Source: a virus (lineage: Duplodnaviria; Caudoviricetes). From it: DNA of 64,000 nt. Location of the stretch: positions 50,430 through 114,429 of the IMG/VR virus record IMGVR_UViG_3300010340_000454. One strand, written 5' to 3'. Position 1 is the first letter of the stretch, and each line of letters opens with the position of its first letter. The notes under the pieces are model-generated. The model ran no database searches, was not told where the DNA came from, and was given only the letters and a program-made list of their open reading frames with translations. A program made the translations under genes and the position numbers. Below are positions 37,938 to 46,576 of this stretch, in pieces.

Positions 37938-40141
37938 ATGCTAACTGCCTAAACTGTAGCAAGTTTATTCAGTGCAGCTATCCTAATAAACGTGGGTCCT
38001 ATAAATGCGATAAGTGGTCCGAGGTCAAGCTTAGAGACGGCCTGCTAATTAGCTTTGATGCAGATGAAGAAAAACTCTCCTTGCCTAGCCTATCAAAAGC
38101 AGACCTACACTTCGACGAAAACAAGCTAGATACTGCCTTCGATAACATGGAGGCTTACTTGGATGAGGCTCTTAACAACAAACTTCCTGTTCCTAAAGAT
38201 TTTAAGTTTGACGATCGAGACTTGCCTCTAGCCAAGAACATGCACGACTTTATCACTAACCCTGTGTATGGTTTCAGAGAGTCTACACTATTTTCTAGGC
38301 AATTGTGGATGGCTACTAAGCTGTTTGGTGAATGGTGTTATGACTGTACCAAAAATAGACATAAGAATTCTAGCCAGACTAACAAAGTAAAGAACCCGAT
38401 GAAGGATGTCAGGAACATAAAAATCAGGGCAACTATGGAAGACTTTGCTGATAAGGTACAACTGCTAGAGCATGGAGTGTGCCCTAAATGCGGAACGAAT
38501 AAGCTAAAACTGTATAAGGAAAAGAAATTAAAATTCTACACTGAGTTAGCTGTATGCGCAGGGCAGCGTTCCGGTAAGTCTATTGTTACGTCGTTCCTGT
38601 TTGCCTACCACACTCATCGCCTGCTAAAGTTGCAAAAGCCTGCACAGCTATTAACAGGTGCCTCTAACACATTGCTCACCATTTCTATGGTCTCTATTGA
38701 TAAAGGCGGCGTTATGCGAAATCTTTGGATGCCTTTCTACGCCGCTTTAGAGGATAGTAAATGGTTCCAAGAATACCACAGTATGCTGTCACACTATGGT
38801 AAGAAGTACGGTGAGGAAGGATTCAAACAGATGGATACCTTTCTCCACTACAAACATAGAAGGCTCTACATTCACCCTACAGTACCTAACCAACGTGGCC
38901 TTCGCGGTGCTACTCGAATAGGATCCGCAATCGACGAACTTGGTTGGTTTGACGCAAACTCTCCTGATAAGATTACCCTGTCGGCAGACGGTATTTACGA
39001 ATCGCTTAACCGCTCTATGCTTACAACTAGAACGAGCGCTAGAAAACTATTCAAGTCCGGTTACTTCGATATACCTACAGGATTTTCTTTCAACATTTCC
39101 AGCCCGTCTTCTACCGACGACAAAATAATGCAGCTAGTTACTAAGCACAGCCACAGTAAGACGGTTCTAGCCGTACATGCGCCTACGTGGGAACTAAATC
39201 CTAACGTACCTCGCAAAGACCCTGAAATTCAAAAGGCCTACAGCGAAGACCCTATTGCGGCTGACCGAGATTATGGAGCTAATCCTCCTTCTCGTAATGG
39301 ATCGCCTTTCATATCAAGTCCTGCTTTGATTGAAGACGCCTTTACTAACAAGAAAAATACAGTGGAATACAGATATGAAACCAAGAAATCAGAGAAAGAA
39401 GACGGAAAAATCTATAAGGCAGCACAAGCAACGATTCACGCCCCTAGTGTCGTTAACGGCTCTGTCCTTGCTATTGACGCTGCTTATTCTGATAACTCTT
39501 TCGCTATTAGCGTAGGTCACCTAGAGGAAAAGAAAATTGTATTTGATGCCTTAGTGGAAATTATTCCAGATAAAGGCAGAAATGTGTTGAACCACGCCCG
39601 AATTGTCAAGAATATAATCGAACCTATGATTCGTGCCTACAACGTGAAGTACGTGGTAGCTGACCGTTGGAACTCTCTGTATTTGCTCCACAAATTTATG
39701 GAAGACTTTCCTCAACTAGTGTCTGCGGAACAATACTCAGTTAAGTACCAAGACTTTGTAGAGTTCCGCTCCTACGTAGAACACCAAGGCATCGTTTTTC
39801 CTAAGCTGGAATCAGACGATAAACATTTCTATATAAATGGCATAGGTAAGGAAGGGCAGTTCTATCCTAACCTGTTCGATTATAAACCTGTGTGCCATTT
39901 GTTCCATCAAATGCTAACTGTTCAAGATGGAAAGAAGACCGTTGAGAAGGCACATAAGAAAACGGATGACCTATTCCGATCTGTTGTATTAGCTAGCGCC
40001 TACCTATTAGATGCAGACGTAGTACCTAACCTAGCCGATAAGAAAGTTAACTATAATAGAGGCGTTGCGGCGCTAGCTTCTGGAGGCGCGTCTACTAATG
40101 TGGTAGTTAATGGTAGAGGAAAAGGTATTGCTGCTATGTAG
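37934..40141 (+). CDS. terL: Terminase large subunit
   Basis: Walker A AGQRSGKS, Walker B AIDELGWF, ISSP coupling motif, PTWELNP, nuclease LAIDAA and TDDL. Confidence 0.88.
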   Translation: MNANCLNCSKFIQCSYPNKRGSYKCDKWSEVKLRDGLLISFDADEEKLSLPSLSKADLHFDENKLDTAFDNMEAYLDEALNNKLPVPKDFKFDDRDLPLAKNMHDFITNPVYGFRESTLFSRQLWMATKLFGEWCYDCTKNRHKNSSQTNKVKNPMKDVRNIKIRATMEDFADKVQLLEHGVCPKCGTNKLKLYKEKKLKFYTELAVCAGQRSGKSIVTSFLFAYHTHRLLKLQKPAQLLTGASNTLLTISMVSIDKGGVMRNLWMPFYAALEDSKWFQEYHSMLSHYGKKYGEEGFKQMDTFLHYKHRRLYIHPTVPNQRGLRGATRIGSAIDELGWFDANSPDKITLSADGIYESLNRSMLTTRTSARKLFKSGYFDIPTGFSFNISSPSSTDDKIMQLVTKHSHSKTVLAVHAPTWELNPNVPRKDPEIQKAYSEDPIAADRDYGANPPSRNGSPFISSPALIEDAFTNKKNTVEYRYETKKSEKEDGKIYKAAQATIHAPSVVNGSVLAIDAAYSDNSFAISVGHLEEKKIVFDALVEIIPDKGRNVLNHARIVKNIIEPMIRAYNVKYVVADRWNSLYLLHKFMEDFPQLVSAEQYSVKYQDFVEFRSYVEHQGIVFPKLESDDKHFYINGIGKEGQFYPNLFDYKPVCHLFHQMLTVQDGKKTVEKAHKKTDDLFRSVVLASAYLLDADVVPNLADKKVNYNRGVAALASGGASTNVVVNGRGKGIAAM

Positions 40142-40160
40142 TCCGTAGCAGCTTTTCCTA

Positions 40161-40177
40161 TTTCTGACTAATTTTAT
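40161..40177 (+). promoter_or_regulatory. Putative late promoter TTTCTGACTAATTTTAT
   Basis: Exact 17-mer also at 45405; intergenic, upstream of the portal operon. Confidence 0.6.
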
Positions 40178-40202
40178 ATTAGAAACTACGAGGACATGTA
40201 AT

Positions 40203-40397
40203 ATGGAACGCATAAATCCTTTGGTGGCTGCTGCTACCAACCCTGAGAGAATTAAAGAGACAGCAAAACACAATACGTTAGAAAGCGTAGAAAACTGTCC
40301 TGTGTGCGCCAAACAGATGCGCGTAATTTTGGCAAACAAAATTCCTTCCTTTGTTTGCCTAGCTGACCGTATTTCTTTTCCAACAAAAGATGATTAA
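40203..40397 (+). CDS. Small zinc-ribbon-like protein
   Basis: CPVC...C motif; GAGGA RBS. Confidence 0.55.
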   Translation: MERINPLVAAATNPERIKETAKHNTLESVENCPVCAKQMRVILANKIPSFVCLADRISFPTKDD

Positions 40398-40400
40398 GCC

Positions 40401-42230
40401 ATGTTGAAATTTCGAGGCTCTGTTTCCACCAAAGTTTCTGATGGTAAAATAAAAGTTGTTTCTTCCACAAAAAGTATCCGTCAGAAGTCACTAGCTAAAG
40501 CGTCAGGTAGTGCCGAGCTTGCTAACTTAGGTGGGCTTGGTAGTCGAAACTCTGTATCAATGAGTACGATTGGCGGTAGCCAACGTAACAACATGGACTT
40601 GTACTTGATGGGTCTGTTAGATGACTCTCAAGAAGCACTACTCCATAAGTACTACAGAGACATTTATTATTACGACCCCGTTGCAGGTTCGGCGGTAGAC
40701 CTACAGTCTTCACTACCTTTCAGTGACTTCGATTTAGTCGGAGCGAAACCCGAACAGTTGCATAAGTACAACTCCGCTATAGCTCGCCTAAATTTTAAGT
40801 TGATGAACCGATTTATCAGCGCAAACTATTTGGTTTATGGTTCGTTTACAGGCACAACGGTATATAACCGTCAGCAAAAGATTTTTACAGACCTTCTTCC
40901 CTACGAAGTTGAGGATTGCGCTTTTCAGTATAATCCTTTTGCTAGTATGGACCCTATGATTACGGTCACTCCTAACAAGGAACTGCAGGAGTTCCTAACC
41001 TCTGAAGAGGAGGTAGTCAAGAATTTACGCTCACAGATTCCTAGTAGCCTTATAGATGTAATGAATAAAGGGGAGTTTGTTCTAGACCCCCTAACAACAT
41101 TATTTCTGGCTCGCCGTGGTATGGATGCCAATAAACCCGTGTCCTACTATAAGCGTATTTTGCCTTTGTATCTCCTAGAAAAGACCTTGCTGCGCGGCAC
41201 ATTAGTAGAAGCAGGAAAACGCCAGCGCAGTTTGTTACACGTTCAGGCAGGCGATGACAACTGGGAACCAACACCAGAAGAATTGCAAGCTTTAGTATCC
41301 TTGTTCCAGCAGGCCGACTTAGATCCGTTAGGACCTATCATTGCCACTAGACAAGGCATTTCCGCGAACGAAGCTCGACAAGGCGGGGACTTCTGGAAGT
41401 ATACAGACATAATCGACATTACCAACGGATTGAAACTTAGGGCTCTTGGTATCAGTGACACTTTCCTATCAGGTGAAACTTCTTACGCAACCGCTGAAGT
41501 TGCTCTTTCTGTTTTTATCGAGAACTTGAAGGCGTACCGAGACTACTATACGCAAAGTATTTTCTACAACAAATTATTCCCCGTTATCGGAGCAGTTAAT
41601 GGATTTGTAAGAGAAAATCCTGGGGATAATTTCTCTAAAGCTCAGAAGAGTGGGGATTTGGGAACTAGTGTAAAAGACTCCAGTAACTATATTATTCCTC
41701 AGGTGCGCTGGCATAAATCCCTAGAGCCAAATAATGACAGGGACACGTATGAAATGCTAGAACAGCTTTCGGAAAAAGGTTTCCCTGTTACCTTGCGAAT
41801 GATGGCAGCTTCTGCTGGACTTCGTGTAGAAAACATTATGAATGAGCTTGAAGAGGACCTGAAAATCCGCAAGAAGTTTGCGGAGTACAACAAGAGGGTT
41901 CAAGAAGCCTCAGGCCAAGGAGACGAGGGGGGTCAAGAAGGCTATGGTGACCAAGGAGGAGACTATGAGGATGATATGGTTGACGACGTTGGCGGTACTG
42001 AAACGAGTAGCCTAACTGCTTTCTCTAGACTACAGCTTAAAGGTGCCTTCTCTCGTGAAATGGGGTCTAACTCCGAGGTTGTAGGTCGCACAAAAACAGG
42101 CAAGCCTAAGTACGTTATGAATCAGCGAGAGGCATTAAGAAAAGAGAACGCGGCTATTGCTAAAGCGGCAGGTAACCTTACAGACCCTGCTTACCGAGAA
42201 GCTATTAGAAAAAAGCGTCGAGGTGGTTAA
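40401..42230 (+). CDS. Portal protein
   Basis: Between terminase and protease; YRDIYYYDPVAGSAVD and LRALGIS..FLSGE.SYA motifs; size. Confidence 0.75.
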   Translation: MLKFRGSVSTKVSDGKIKVVSSTKSIRQKSLAKASGSAELANLGGLGSRNSVSMSTIGGSQRNNMDLYLMGLLDDSQEALLHKYYRDIYYYDPVAGSAVDLQSSLPFSDFDLVGAKPEQLHKYNSAIARLNFKLMNRFISANYLVYGSFTGTTVYNRQQKIFTDLLPYEVEDCAFQYNPFASMDPMITVTPNKELQEFLTSEEEVVKNLRSQIPSSLIDVMNKGEFVLDPLTTLFLARRGMDANKPVSYYKRILPLYLLEKTLLRGTLVEAGKRQRSLLHVQAGDDNWEPTPEELQALVSLFQQADLDPLGPIIATRQGISANEARQGGDFWKYTDIIDITNGLKLRALGISDTFLSGETSYATAEVALSVFIENLKAYRDYYTQSIFYNKLFPVIGAVNGFVRENPGDNFSKAQKSGDLGTSVKDSSNYIIPQVRWHKSLEPNNDRDTYEMLEQLSEKGFPVTLRMMAASAGLRVENIMNELEEDLKIRKKFAEYNKRVQEASGQGDEGGQEGYGDQGGDYEDDMVDDVGGTETSSLTAFSRLQLKGAFSREMGSNSEVVGRTKTGKPKYVMNQREALRKENAAIAKAAGNLTDPAYREAIRKKRRGG

Positions 42231-42851
42231 ATGGTGAAGGCACTCCCAATTAAAATAAATTCGTTCAGACCTCGCCATCAAGTTTACTACGTAGGCATTG
42301 ATGGCGTATTTAATGCAGGCGCCGACAAATACTATATAAGCAAAGTTCTTATGCAAAAGCTTATCCAGATATGTTCCTATTGCAAAAAATATGGAAAGTC
42401 GGTTACCGCTGTATTAAATTCTAAAGTGGTTCCTGACTATATACCTAGCTTGTTGTCTACGTTAGGCGTTAATCTTCTATCTGTCGTTAATGACCCACTA
42501 GCTACTATATACAGCGATTTCCTAGTTAATGAAGAACCCTCAAAGTTTATAGCCGACAACACCGAAGTTGTTATTGTTATAAAAGGAGAGGAAGATGACT
42601 ATGACGTGGATACAGAAACTCCTTTGGTTTTTATAAAATACCCTACGCTAAGTACTAGAGAAAAGCGTACCGATGAACCAGGAGAGGTAGTCGAAGGCTT
42701 TAACGAAGTATTTCGTTCCAACAATAATCCGTATGGCGTATTCGATTTAGGTGAGCAAGGGCGTCGCGTGGATGATGACTATATGGAGCGCATAATGCAG
42801 GCCCCTGAGCCTACAGGAATCCCTAAACCTTTACGTCGCAGCAGTTCTTGA
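42231..42851 (+). CDS. Hypothetical protein
   Basis: Coupled ORF. Confidence 0.55.
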   Translation: MVKALPIKINSFRPRHQVYYVGIDGVFNAGADKYYISKVLMQKLIQICSYCKKYGKSVTAVLNSKVVPDYIPSLLSTLGVNLLSVVNDPLATIYSDFLVNEEPSKFIADNTEVVIVIKGEEDDYDVDTETPLVFIKYPTLSTREKRTDEPGEVVEGFNEVFRSNNNPYGVFDLGEQGRRVDDDYMERIMQAPEPTGIPKPLRRSSS

Positions 42852-42860
42852 GGATAGATT

Positions 42861-43646
42861 ATGAGACTCACATCGCATAACGGCAAAAACTTAGAGTACA
42901 GTGACGCTATTGGCTTTGGTAAGTGCGTTATAGACGTACACAAAGGACTAAAAAACAAGGATATCCACCAAGTAAAAAATACCATAGTAGTTAAAGCTAG
43001 CTACAGTGACCGCGCAGCTAACAACACGTTTCAGGAAAAATTAGATATTTCCACTTGGCTTCCTTTTGCTTCCCCTAAGTACGATATTTCGCCTAACATA
43101 TCGGACTACATTTTCGTTCCTGTATTCACTATACCGAGTGAGCTACCTAATCGTAACGGTGTGGCCTTTCCAACTAAAGCTCTGCTAGAGTTTAACGTGG
43201 AAGCAGGTATGCAGGCGTACAGAACGTTCAAGGGTAAGCCTGTCCATTATGAACATTGTAATCAAGACCCACTAAAAGCCTACGGTGTGATCGCAGATTG
43301 CAGCCTACGTAAGTTGAAAGGTTTTGGTAACGGTAAAATCTGGAAGCACATGGAGCTTCTAGCTATCGACCGTAGCAAGAACCCGGGGTACGCCAATCAA
43401 GTGTTAAGCGGCGATATGAACTCCTATTCTATGGGAGCTATGGTTGGTAGGTATAGCTGTTCTATCTGCGGTGAAGGTCTAGGTAGGTGTAGCCACGTAC
43501 AGGGCAAGCCAGGTACTGTAGACTTCCGCGAAATTAACGGCGAGCTTGCCTTTAAGAACGTCTGGGATATATGCGGGTTTGAAACTTCTGGTGTTGCTAC
43601 TCCTGCATTCCACGTAGCCAACTCTAACTGGCTGATGATGTTCTAA
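42861..43646 (+). CDS. Prohead (maturation) protease, assemblin-like clan SH, with C-terminal Zn site
   Basis: PNRNG..F, TFKGKPVHYEH (His), SYSMGA (Ser), CSICG..C.H and FETSGV..PA motifs. Confidence 0.78.
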   Translation: MRLTSHNGKNLEYSDAIGFGKCVIDVHKGLKNKDIHQVKNTIVVKASYSDRAANNTFQEKLDISTWLPFASPKYDISPNISDYIFVPVFTIPSELPNRNGVAFPTKALLEFNVEAGMQAYRTFKGKPVHYEHCNQDPLKAYGVIADCSLRKLKGFGNGKIWKHMELLAIDRSKNPGYANQVLSGDMNSYSMGAMVGRYSCSICGEGLGRCSHVQGKPGTVDFREINGELAFKNVWDICGFETSGVATPAFHVANSNWLMMF

Positions 43647-43939
43647 TGCGTGAGTTACCGCTAAGCGCAACGTCTGCAACATCGCTAGCTATACAAAAGG
43701 TCGTAGTGGATTCAGGCTATAGGGTGCACGACCTTTTCCATTCTCCTCAGAACAGATGCGTTACACTAGTGGTAGACTTAAAAACGGTTAAAGCCTTGCC
43801 TAAGAAAAACCTAGATACTTTTGTAGCCAACCTATTGGAAAGCGTTCCTGTTATACAGGATATTTCCCTAGACTTTATTATGACAAAAAAGACAGGTGGT
43901 TTTCCATCTTTTATCTTAAATATCTCAGAATGGAATTAA
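43646..43939 (+). CDS. Hypothetical protein
   Basis: Coupled ORF. Confidence 0.5.
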   Translation: MRELPLSATSATSLAIQKVVVDSGYRVHDLFHSPQNRCVTLVVDLKTVKALPKKNLDTFVANLLESVPVIQDISLDFIMTKKTGGFPSFILNISEWN

Positions 43940-43940
43940 C

Positions 43941-44489
43941 ATGAAGGAACTTATAACTAAAGCCTCTTCCCTAGTTACATCTTCTTTTGTAAGAAAAGGT
44001 GACGGCCTATACGTATCTGTAGTACCATCAGCAGCCTCTATAGACATTGTTTACCCAGCTATTCAGTCTATTATGGATATAGGTCTAAGCTATACTGGGC
44101 TTCCTAACCTACACGTAACTGTTATCTACTCTTCTACAACCGTAAAAGACGTAGATGCCATGTATAGAAGCGCAGAGATTGACCCTGCTAAAAAATACTT
44201 GGCCGTCATCGAGCGCTTCGAGTACTGGGCAGGCCACAAGAATCAGGGTGTACTGGTACTTAAAATGAAGTCGCCTGCGTTAGAAGCTGTCCACTACTCT
44301 TTACGAGAAGATGGTTTTGAGGTTAACTACCCTGATTATCAGGCGCACATGACTTTTATTGATGATCTACACGAACAAGGCTTTGACGAGGAGAAGTCCA
44401 AAAAGCTTTTACAGTTCCTAAACTCCACGTTTAGTTTAGCTGGAAAAACTTTAGAACTTACAGGGATGAAAGCGGAAGCCGTAAACTGA
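43941..44489 (+). CDS. 2H phosphoesterase (Acb1/T4 gp57B-like)
   Basis: Two HxT motifs: LHVTVIYS and YPDYQAHMTF. Confidence 0.8.
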   Translation: MKELITKASSLVTSSFVRKGDGLYVSVVPSAASIDIVYPAIQSIMDIGLSYTGLPNLHVTVIYSSTTVKDVDAMYRSAEIDPAKKYLAVIERFEYWAGHKNQGVLVLKMKSPALEAVHYSLREDGFEVNYPDYQAHMTFIDDLHEQGFDEEKSKKLLQFLNSTFSLAGKTLELTGMKAEAVN

Positions 44490-44531
44490 GGAGGCTAACA
44501 TGAATATCACCGAAACCCATAGAGAGCTTAC

Positions 44532-44873
44532 ATGAAACATTCTCTAAATATGTTTACTGTTACCTTAGCTAATAAAGCTTTAAGACGACTAGAAAAATCG
44601 AGTGTTACTCCAGAAAGTGCCGACATTTTTCAAGTGTATGTAGAAAACTACCTTGGACGCATGTTTGACTTTGACTTGTCCACTGATTACTCAGTAGCTA
44701 CCAAAGAACTGTCTTTTGTTTTCACTAACATAGAAGGGGTCGGTTTTACTTCTTCCTTTCCTAAAGCTTTAGAATACGCATTCAACTTAACTAAAGGTCT
44801 TTCTGATATGGAGCTTCTTACCAAAGAAAGGAAAGCAGGCACTAAACAATCTTATGTAGTGAGGTTATCCTAA
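44532..44873 (+). CDS. Hypothetical protein with leader-like FTVTLANKALRRLEKSS
   Basis: Resembles the TLELAKKAVxRL.E leader. Confidence 0.55.
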   Translation: MKHSLNMFTVTLANKALRRLEKSSVTPESADIFQVYVENYLGRMFDFDLSTDYSVATKELSFVFTNIEGVGFTSSFPKALEYAFNLTKGLSDMELLTKERKAGTKQSYVVRLS

Positions 44874-45352
44874 TGCCAACCCCAATGCTCCAATCAATGG
44901 CGGCCCGCTCTGGCAAGTCTATAGCAGAAGTAGAAAAGATGTGGGATGAAGCTAAGTCCCAAGCTAAGGACAAAGCAGACGTTAACGACTTCTATGCCTA
45001 CACCACAAGCATTATGAAAAAGATGCTAAACTTGGATGATACTTCCACTGAGGCAGTTCCAGAAACGTCTGCGGTTAAAGTTAGTGGTAAGAAGTATGCC
45101 TCTATCTATGAGGTACCTAACATCTGGGTGTTGAACGTCGTTTCTAACGTGATTGAGGAAGCTGCCTACGACCCTAAAACTGCTACGCTGTACCTAAACT
45201 TTAAGTCAGGCTCCATAAATGATTGGTATGCCTACCTTAAAGTTCCTATCAAGGTATTTACGGAGTTTAGCCTAGCAGATAGTAAAGGTATTTTCTTTTC
45301 TAAGAAAATTCGTAACGTATACGAAGGTGGGAAACTTCCTCCTATCAAGTAA
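44873..45352 (+). CDS. Two-domain protein: helical SGKS..EVE..W module plus KTSC domain
   Basis: V.S..I...AYD.....L...F..G.....Y.Y..VP.......ADSKG.FF...IR..Y matches KTSC. Confidence 0.78.
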   Translation: MPTPMLQSMAARSGKSIAEVEKMWDEAKSQAKDKADVNDFYAYTTSIMKKMLNLDDTSTEAVPETSAVKVSGKKYASIYEVPNIWVLNVVSNVIEEAAYDPKTATLYLNFKSGSINDWYAYLKVPIKVFTEFSLADSKGIFFSKKIRNVYEGGKLPPIK

Positions 45353-45360
45353 GCCCTACG

Positions 45361-45388
45361 GCCTGAGTCTTAATACACTCAGGCTTTT
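45361..45388 (+). terminator. Rho-independent terminator
   Basis: GCCTGAGT-CTTAATAC-ACTCAGGC-TTTT. Confidence 0.75.
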
Positions 45389-45404
45389 CTATTTAAGTCT
45401 CGAC

Positions 45405-45421
45405 TTTCTGACTAATTTTAT
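45405..45421 (+). promoter_or_regulatory. Putative late promoter TTTCTGACTAATTTTAT
   Basis: Exact copy of 40161-40177, immediately after a terminator. Confidence 0.6.
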
Positions 45422-45455
45422 TATAACAAGACTTAGTTAATAGGTAATTAACAAT

Positions 45456-46238
45456 ATGAAAACTTTGGTCGTAACTTCCACGATAGCTAGTTATAAAGAA
45501 GCTTACCGCACCTTAGTAGTTGCGGATTCCTTTTCAAAGGAAGATGCTTGGTTCTTTAAAATGTCGAAAGAAAAACAATTAGAGTACCTCAGAGAACATC
45601 CACACTCCAAGTTCTCTAAGAGCCAGTTCTCTAAGAATAAAGCGGAAGACGAGAAGAAAGCGCTTACCACAGAAGCTCCCAAGCCTGTGAAGAAGATGAG
45701 TTCTGCAATAAAAGATTTTAATGAAGAGCAAAAGGCGTTCTTCAAGAAGGAAGGTCATAGACCAGGTTCCGAAGAGCGTAGAAGTGCCTCTAAGCTAATT
45801 AAAGATAAAGCTAAAGGCATTGTCACTGCCCTGAAAGGCGAAAGCAAAGAGTGGAAGACGGCAGCAGGCGCTTTAAGAAAAATGAAAAAAGGCGAGAAGC
45901 TAGATCACCATGATAAAGCTGCCTTGAAAGCAATCGCCCTACACACTGGAATAGTTGCAGGCGAAATAGCTGTTACTGGAGGCCTAGCTCACGGTATTGC
46001 AGTAGCGCTTCCGCACTTAGCTTCAGGTATGCTTAGCCACTCCTTAGCAATAAATTTTGGTAAAGCTGCTGCCTACGCATCTGTCAAAGCCTCTAAGGAA
46101 CAGACTGACGATGAGTTGTTAGAGGAACTAGTTCACATGTTTGCCAAAGGCGTGGAAGACGCCCCAATGAAGTCTAGTCATTGGATAGAGGCAATAAAAA
46201 AACATAACGCCGAAAAAGGTAAACAGGTGAAGAAATGA
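45456..46238 (+). CDS. Basic protein with HPxSK module and hydrophobic Gly/Ala-rich hairpin
   Basis: WFFKMSKEKQLEYLREHPHSKF; IVAGEIAVTGGLAHGIAVAL segment. Confidence 0.7.
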   Translation: MKTLVVTSTIASYKEAYRTLVVADSFSKEDAWFFKMSKEKQLEYLREHPHSKFSKSQFSKNKAEDEKKALTTEAPKPVKKMSSAIKDFNEEQKAFFKKEGHRPGSEERRSASKLIKDKAKGIVTALKGESKEWKTAAGALRKMKKGEKLDHHDKAALKAIALHTGIVAGEIAVTGGLAHGIAVALPHLASGMLSHSLAINFGKAAAYASVKASKEQTDDELLEELVHMFAKGVEDAPMKSSHWIEAIKKHNAEKGKQVKK

Positions 46239-46573
46239 TTGAGTTATCAAATCAAATGGCGATAGACGGAACGCAGGATGTAATTCGCGCTTTCTCAAAG
46301 CTAAATTTCGTTGTTAGCCAGGTACCTATTGCAAAGTTGACCAACGAGACCACCTACTTCTACCAAATATCCACATTACCTAAGTTTACCTATAAGCAGC
46401 AATACTTACTTGCAGTTCAAGCTTTAACTAACTTAGGGTTTAGGCAGGCTGGAATTATTATAGATGTTGCCTGTACTGACCCGAACAAGAGACGAACTAT
46501 TAAGGCCAGCCACTCTGGAATAAGCGTCACTTATCATATTGATTTGGGCTTACTCGAAATACTTTTGGGATAA
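46235..46573 (+). CDS. Hypothetical protein
   Basis: Coupled ORF. Confidence 0.55.
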   Translation: MIELSNQMAIDGTQDVIRAFSKLNFVVSQVPIAKLTNETTYFYQISTLPKFTYKQQYLLAVQALTNLGFRQAGIIIDVACTDPNKRRTIKASHSGISVTYHIDLGLLEILLG

Positions 46574-46576
46574 AAA

